DNA of 62,419 bases, counting the filler, from Stramenopiles sp. TOSAG23-2 (lineage: Eukaryota): NCBI GenBank assembly GCA_900128395.1. It is 7 parts of 7 records of this genome, joined end to end, with 100 filler letters (N's around TTAATTAATTAA, not from the genome) between each part and the next. Parts side by side here need not be neighbours in the genome. Positions count along the whole stretch, not along the records: positions 47,494 to 59,245 come from LT649903.1; positions 59,346 to 60,832 come from LT652805.1; positions 60,933 to 62,419 come from LT652806.1; 4 more parts are not named here. One strand, 5' to 3'. Of the stretch, positions 57,713-62,419 are shown piece after piece (position 1 is the stretch's first letter; every line of letters begins with the position of its first letter). The translations under genes and the position numbers were made by a program. A model generated the notes under the pieces. The model saw only the letters and a list, made by a program, of their open reading frames with translations, ran no database searches and was not told the origin of the DNA.

Positions 57713-57878
57713 GGTACATTTGGATCACAACAAATAGTTACAATAGATGCAATTGGTGCCAAAAGTGTATTTGCAATTGATATTGATAATGATGGTGATA
57801 TTGTTTTAATATCAGCATCTTCAAGTGATGATAAAATTGCATGGTATGAGAATATAGATGGTAAAGGTACATTTGGAT
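57713..57878 (+). pseudogene. Single isolated FG-GAP/VCBS repeat unit
   Basis: GTFGSQQIVTIDAIGAKSVFAIDIDNDGDIVLISASSSDDKIAWYENIDGKGTFG bounded by direct repeat GGTACATTTGGAT; no start or flanking CDS. Confidence 0.7.
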
Positions 57879-58799
57879 GTAGTCAAAAGAAAAAAAATCA
57901 AATTGAAATAAAAAAAATATTTATGATTTATAATTATATAGGGAATATTAGTATATGGTTTATTTTAATATGGAAATATCATTATGGTGATCACATTATG
58001 AGACATCCTTTGAGTATGAAATGGTAGAAAGTGACATTCTGGTGATTCTAAAAAACATAATATGTGTACAATCTAATAAACCATTTTTACCATAATGATC
58101 ACATTCATCTAATACATCAATTAATATAATTTGACTTTTTGATTTCCATACATGCAGGCATTCTATATGCTTTCTATATCAACTAATGGTGCTTGTACTT
58201 ATTCATTTTGATGATGTATAAGAGAGATTGTTGTTGTGTGAAATGACCCTCGGGAGGATTACATACACACAGCATTGTAAACGAATAGCAGCTTCATAGT
58301 ACAGGACCTCTTTTTTAAGGGATTGTTCAAAACGGACGTGTATAGCAGCTCCACCGCTGGAGATGGCGAGGAAGAGAGAAACTGTTAGCAGGTGCACAAG
58401 AGGGGAAAGGACAGTTTCTCGTGCGCCTCGGCGAAATTGTTGGTTTCGAGACTACGAGCAAGTAGGTTTTTTTTAAACACAACAACACAACAGGATGCCA
58501 ATGTGTTTTTCACTCCCCTATCAAACCCGATATTTTTGTGTCTATGTGTTTTTCAGAATCTCTAGCAGGCACACACGCTTGTTATGAGCTAGCATGACAT
58601 AGCATCAGGAGAAGAAGTGTGTTTTAAAGAGTCCTTAAACCAATAACAAAATTTACACAGAATTATATTAATGCTATTCCCATGGTAGAACCCTATTTTG
58701 AACACAAAAATCAAAATATGATGTTCCTCAATCAAGAGCAAAAACCCATATACAAATTCATTTACTTGGTATAAAAATAAAAATACCACTCTGACAACT

Positions 58800-59135
58800 A
58801 ACACCATTACATCATTTTCCTCAAATCATACACCTAATCAGATATACATACCAATAAATGTTTCACGAAATGCTAAGGAGATATATCAGTGGCTTTTTAA
58901 CACTTCCCATCATCTTCTTTCCTATCTGCTTGAATGTTAAATACAACAATATTTTTCACCATCTACTTTCACCATCTACACCAACAATACCAGTAATTTT
59001 CAAAACATCACCATTAAAAAGGTGACAACTTACACCACTGTACCATTTTTCCTCAAATCATGCACCCAATCAGATATACATACCAATAACCATTTCATGA
59101 AATGCAAAGTATGCATATCTGCTGCTTTTTAATAA
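58800..59135. repeat. Diverged direct repeat (~240-bp period) in CpG-poor degenerate DNA, possible transposon relic
   Basis: TTTTCCTCAAATCAT.CACC.AATCAGATATACATACCAATAA at ~58815 and ~59047. Confidence 0.55.
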
Positions 59136-59600
59136 TGTACACATACAGGTATAAATATCAAGTACAAATGACTGGATTGTTTGATAGGATATCACAAAAA
59201 TGATACATATTTGGTTCATTTATTTCTACCCCTTCTATCGCCTTTNNNNNNNNNNNNNNNNNNNNNNNNNNNNNNNNNNNNNNNNNNNNTTAATTAATTA
59301 ANNNNNNNNNNNNNNNNNNNNNNNNNNNNNNNNNNNNNNNNNNNNTGAGCATATTACTTAACACGAGAAGTGTAAAATTATTATAACTTAGATTTTAACC
59401 ATCATTAATATATTATATATATTACGCGCGCGTTGTATAAAATATGATATTTTATATTATATACGATAACAAATATGATAATATAATATATTCGTATTTT
59501 TAAAGAGACTGGAGAGTATCAATATCATGTTAGCAATTATCATCTTGAGTAAATGAAAAAATACGAGTATGATACTCGTATAAGTTTAATGCATTTTAAA

Positions 59601-60250
59601 TTATATTCGGTGCCCAAACTTATCAGCCTCAGCAAATAAGCTTTTTAAAAAACGTTCGCATCTTTTCTCAATTGGAAAATAAGGATCAGCATCGGTAAAA
59701 CAACAAAAAACTACAATTACTTCTTGGAATTCTTCAAAAACCATTTCGCTGTCATCTTCATCGCCGTTTCCATCTTCATCTTCATCTTGCTGAACATGAG
59801 CAAAAATTCTCCTTATTACAGTGTCGGATAAAGTCTTTCCAACGCCAATTAATCTTAAATCACGTCCCATTTTAACTAATTCACTTGGTGATATTGTAGA
59901 AACTTGATTAACTTCACTGCTAAAGGCACTATTACTGTCTGTGCCTGCAGCGTATATTTTGAACAGTGTGCGTAAGCGCCTTTTATTACGCTTTAAAACA
60001 TTTTTTAATCTCACATTTTTCATCATTTCACGGAAGGCATTTTTATTTGCCGCTTGTGCATTTGGCAACAAGTCTTTCAAATATAATTGCTCCAATCGAA
60101 TTGTCAAGGCTTTCGTTTTGTATTTTTCCATAGCCAATCGGCACAAGACTTCGATAAATTCAATTGGTTGCAATTCGGCATCTACATCTGCAACACGATC
60201 GGTCCCTTCCCTAGAATAATCAATGTTTGCTTTTTGAAAAAGTAAATCTC
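59601..60250 (-). CDS. 3' portion of an EF-hand-like protein (5' missing)
   Basis: LQPIEFIEVLCRLA, TISPSELVKM, MVFEEFQEVI; frame extends upstream of 60173 (DLLFQKANID). Confidence 0.6.
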
Positions 60251-60932
60251 TTCCTCCTCGCTTTCATCAATTTCATACTCCATTATATTTTTATAATCAA
60301 CATGATTCTCCATTATTTTCTTCTAAATGTGCTGCCTGATTATTCTAAGTATACAAATTTACTGAATGATAAAGTAGAAAGTAATTGATGATCATCTCTA
60401 TCTAGATATATTATTTTGTTATAAAAATGTGTGTAATAATTGTTTAGATGTCACTTCACCTAACGATAATTAAACTTGACGTGCAGACCTTGAAAAGTCT
60501 AGGACCTAGATTAGTGCAGACCTTAAATTACACAATGCTGCTATATCATGCTCCATTGATTGCAATACTATTTGCATTGTAAATACCTACATAAACTCAT
60601 ACACAACAAAATGTACTATACCTGTGAAAAGTCTATAGGACCTAGATTACCTGTGGTACTACCTGGTAACAACGTGACGTGAATATATAGTGCCAGAGTG
60701 CAACTACTAGTCTAAAAAAAATAATAGACGCTTTAATTCTAATTCTTCTTTTGCTTTTATTATATATTATTAATAAAATATAGTACCAAGTATTCTATAT
60801 AGTAAAAAAAGACGTTCAATTATACTTTATTANNNNNNNNNNNNNNNNNNNNNNNNNNNNNNNNNNNNNNNNNNNNTTAATTAATTAANNNNNNNNNNNN
60901 NNNNNNNNNNNNNNNNNNNNNNNNNNNNNNNN

Positions 60933-61713
60933 ATCAAGTTTCCTTGCCAATTATTCTCCACGTTTAAGTTTTTTAATATCAAGCATATTATGTTTTATTA
61001 ATTTAATTCATATAAATTACAATTTAAAAGAAACATTGGATGAAAAGAAAAAAAAACCATTGAATAAAAGTTTGAAATTGAGAAAAATAAATCCATTATC
61101 ATTTCTTGAATTATTTTATCATGGCAAAAGATTGGTATGTTTAACACTTATGGAATCATTAGCATTTTTAACAAAAACATCTTCATCAAATCGTTTAATT
61201 AGTTTATTGCAACGAGATTATTTTAGCATCAATAATAATAATAATAATAATGGTGGATCATGGGATCTAATCCAACAATCCTATTTAGATACATTTACCA
61301 ATATATTAAGAATACCTGGTTATTTTAAATCCAAAGATTTATTTGCAAAAATTGGTTTGAAGAATTCAATATATCTAGGTAATTCCATTTCTATCATATC
61401 ATTGTTTATCCAACGTTATACGATTTCACCATTGTATCATTACTTTGTTGCATTATTTAATTCATTTAATGGAATTGGTATCGTTGGTATCAATGCAATG
61501 TTACGTATTGAGGCAAAAGAAGTTGGAATTAAAAACGATGAGTTACAAATGTATTTAAGCAATTTAACTCGATTGATCATGGCATTTTCACAAATTTTTT
61601 TACCACGCCTATATCAATTTAGTTCCATCAATACAAATGATGTACGTAATTATTATTTATTAATTATGATCGTCCCATTATTGAATAATGCTTTTGGGAA
61701 ATTTTGTTTGTAA
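60933..61713 (+). CDS. Partial MFS-like multi-pass membrane protein, possibly degenerate
   Basis: Hydrophobic helices, KKPLNKSL..INPLSFLELF loop typical of TetA-like MFS proteins; contig-start truncation. Confidence 0.45.
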
Positions 61714-62035
61714 TAAAAAGTTGTTTTTTTTATTTATATAAATATTATTCATTAATATATTAAATATTTAACGTATATGCATATACTTGGTACCGCACTA
61801 CCCTATGAAAAGTCTAGGACTTAAATCCGCACCTATTAATACCCGGTAAAAAAATTTCAGAATTATATTAGTTCTTCTTCTATCTCTTTCAACAATCGCA
61901 CAATCCAGGCAATATTAATAATATTCAAAAAATAAAATATAAAATAAATCAAATTGAAATCACAGTGAAACGGAAATTATATATATATACACATGGATAA
62001 TCTTAAACTTACGAACGTTATGTTAGTAAAGAATA

Positions 62036-62419
62036 ATGACAAGTTTAATGCCAAATAACAACCATCAGAAACGACAAAATGAAAAATTATTAAAAATACC
62101 GGTGAAATTAATATTTTTAGATATTGACGGTGTACTTTTACCATTTAATTCCAGTGAGGATACATTTTCAAAAACTGCATTAAACGTATTAAATGAAATA
62201 GTAAAACAGACTAACGCTGAAATTGTACTTAGTAGTACATGGCGTATGGATGAAACAGCTGTAGATATAATATATAATCAGTTCAAATACCATTCAAGTT
62301 TAAAACATATTAAATTTAAAAGATGGAATCGAACTTCTCCAAATATGCATTCTTTACGAGCTAGTGAAATTCAACATTTTATTGAACATAAAGCAAATAA
62401 GCTCGGATTGCATATAGAT
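62036..62419 (+). CDS. HAD-superfamily phosphatase, HAD_SAK_2 type (3' partial; not in ORF track)
   Basis: KLIFLDIDGVL...LNEIVKQTNAEIVLSSTWR...RASEIQHFI; open to window end. Confidence 0.8.
   Translation, partial: MTSLMPNNNHQKRQNEKLLKIPVKLIFLDIDGVLLPFNSSEDTFSKTALNVLNEIVKQTNAEIVLSSTWRMDETAVDIIYNQFKYHSSLKHIKFKRWNRTSPNMHSLRASEIQHFIEHKANKLGLHID

Noticed and set aside
58345-58475. SRP, RNase P/MRP or tRNA identity for the structured segment
   Set aside because: Diagnostic conserved motifs not found; no rRNA or tRNA recognised anywhere in the window

Overview
AT-rich, intron-poor nuclear DNA from a microbial eukaryote, probably a marine heterotrophic protist such as a stramenopile (inference from gene content only). 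The window is not contiguous: seven contigs (1-11781, 11882-23661, 23762-35530, 35631-47393, 47494-59245, 59346-60832, 60933-62419) are joined by artificial N44-TTAATTAATTAA-N44 linkers, so gene neighbourhood is meaningful only within a contig. Housekeeping genes: TMF1-type golgin, spliced DnaJ, ADCK2-like ABC1 kinase, RPL18A, CPSF1, SYF2, ICT1, thioesterase, F-box/Kelch. Main highlights: (1) a 1590-aa protein fusing two DCD domains, a Regnase/NYN-type PIN RNase and a PCIF1/CAPAM cap m6Am methyltransferase, a candidate RNA mark-read-cut system, convergent with a cyclase-STAND NTPase gene; (2) a DsbA/FrnE selenoprotein (UPWC) with a 3'UTR SECIS, truncated in the ORF track; (3) a virus-like island with an NPPY adenine methyltransferase and dense GATATC sites; (4) a CpG-eroded relic ORF interrupted only by TGA; (5) ankyrin paralogues varying at binding positions; (6) bacterial-type genes (secreted cyanophycinase-like peptidase, metallophosphoesterase-GNAT fusion). 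All family calls come from motif recognition; no searches were run.
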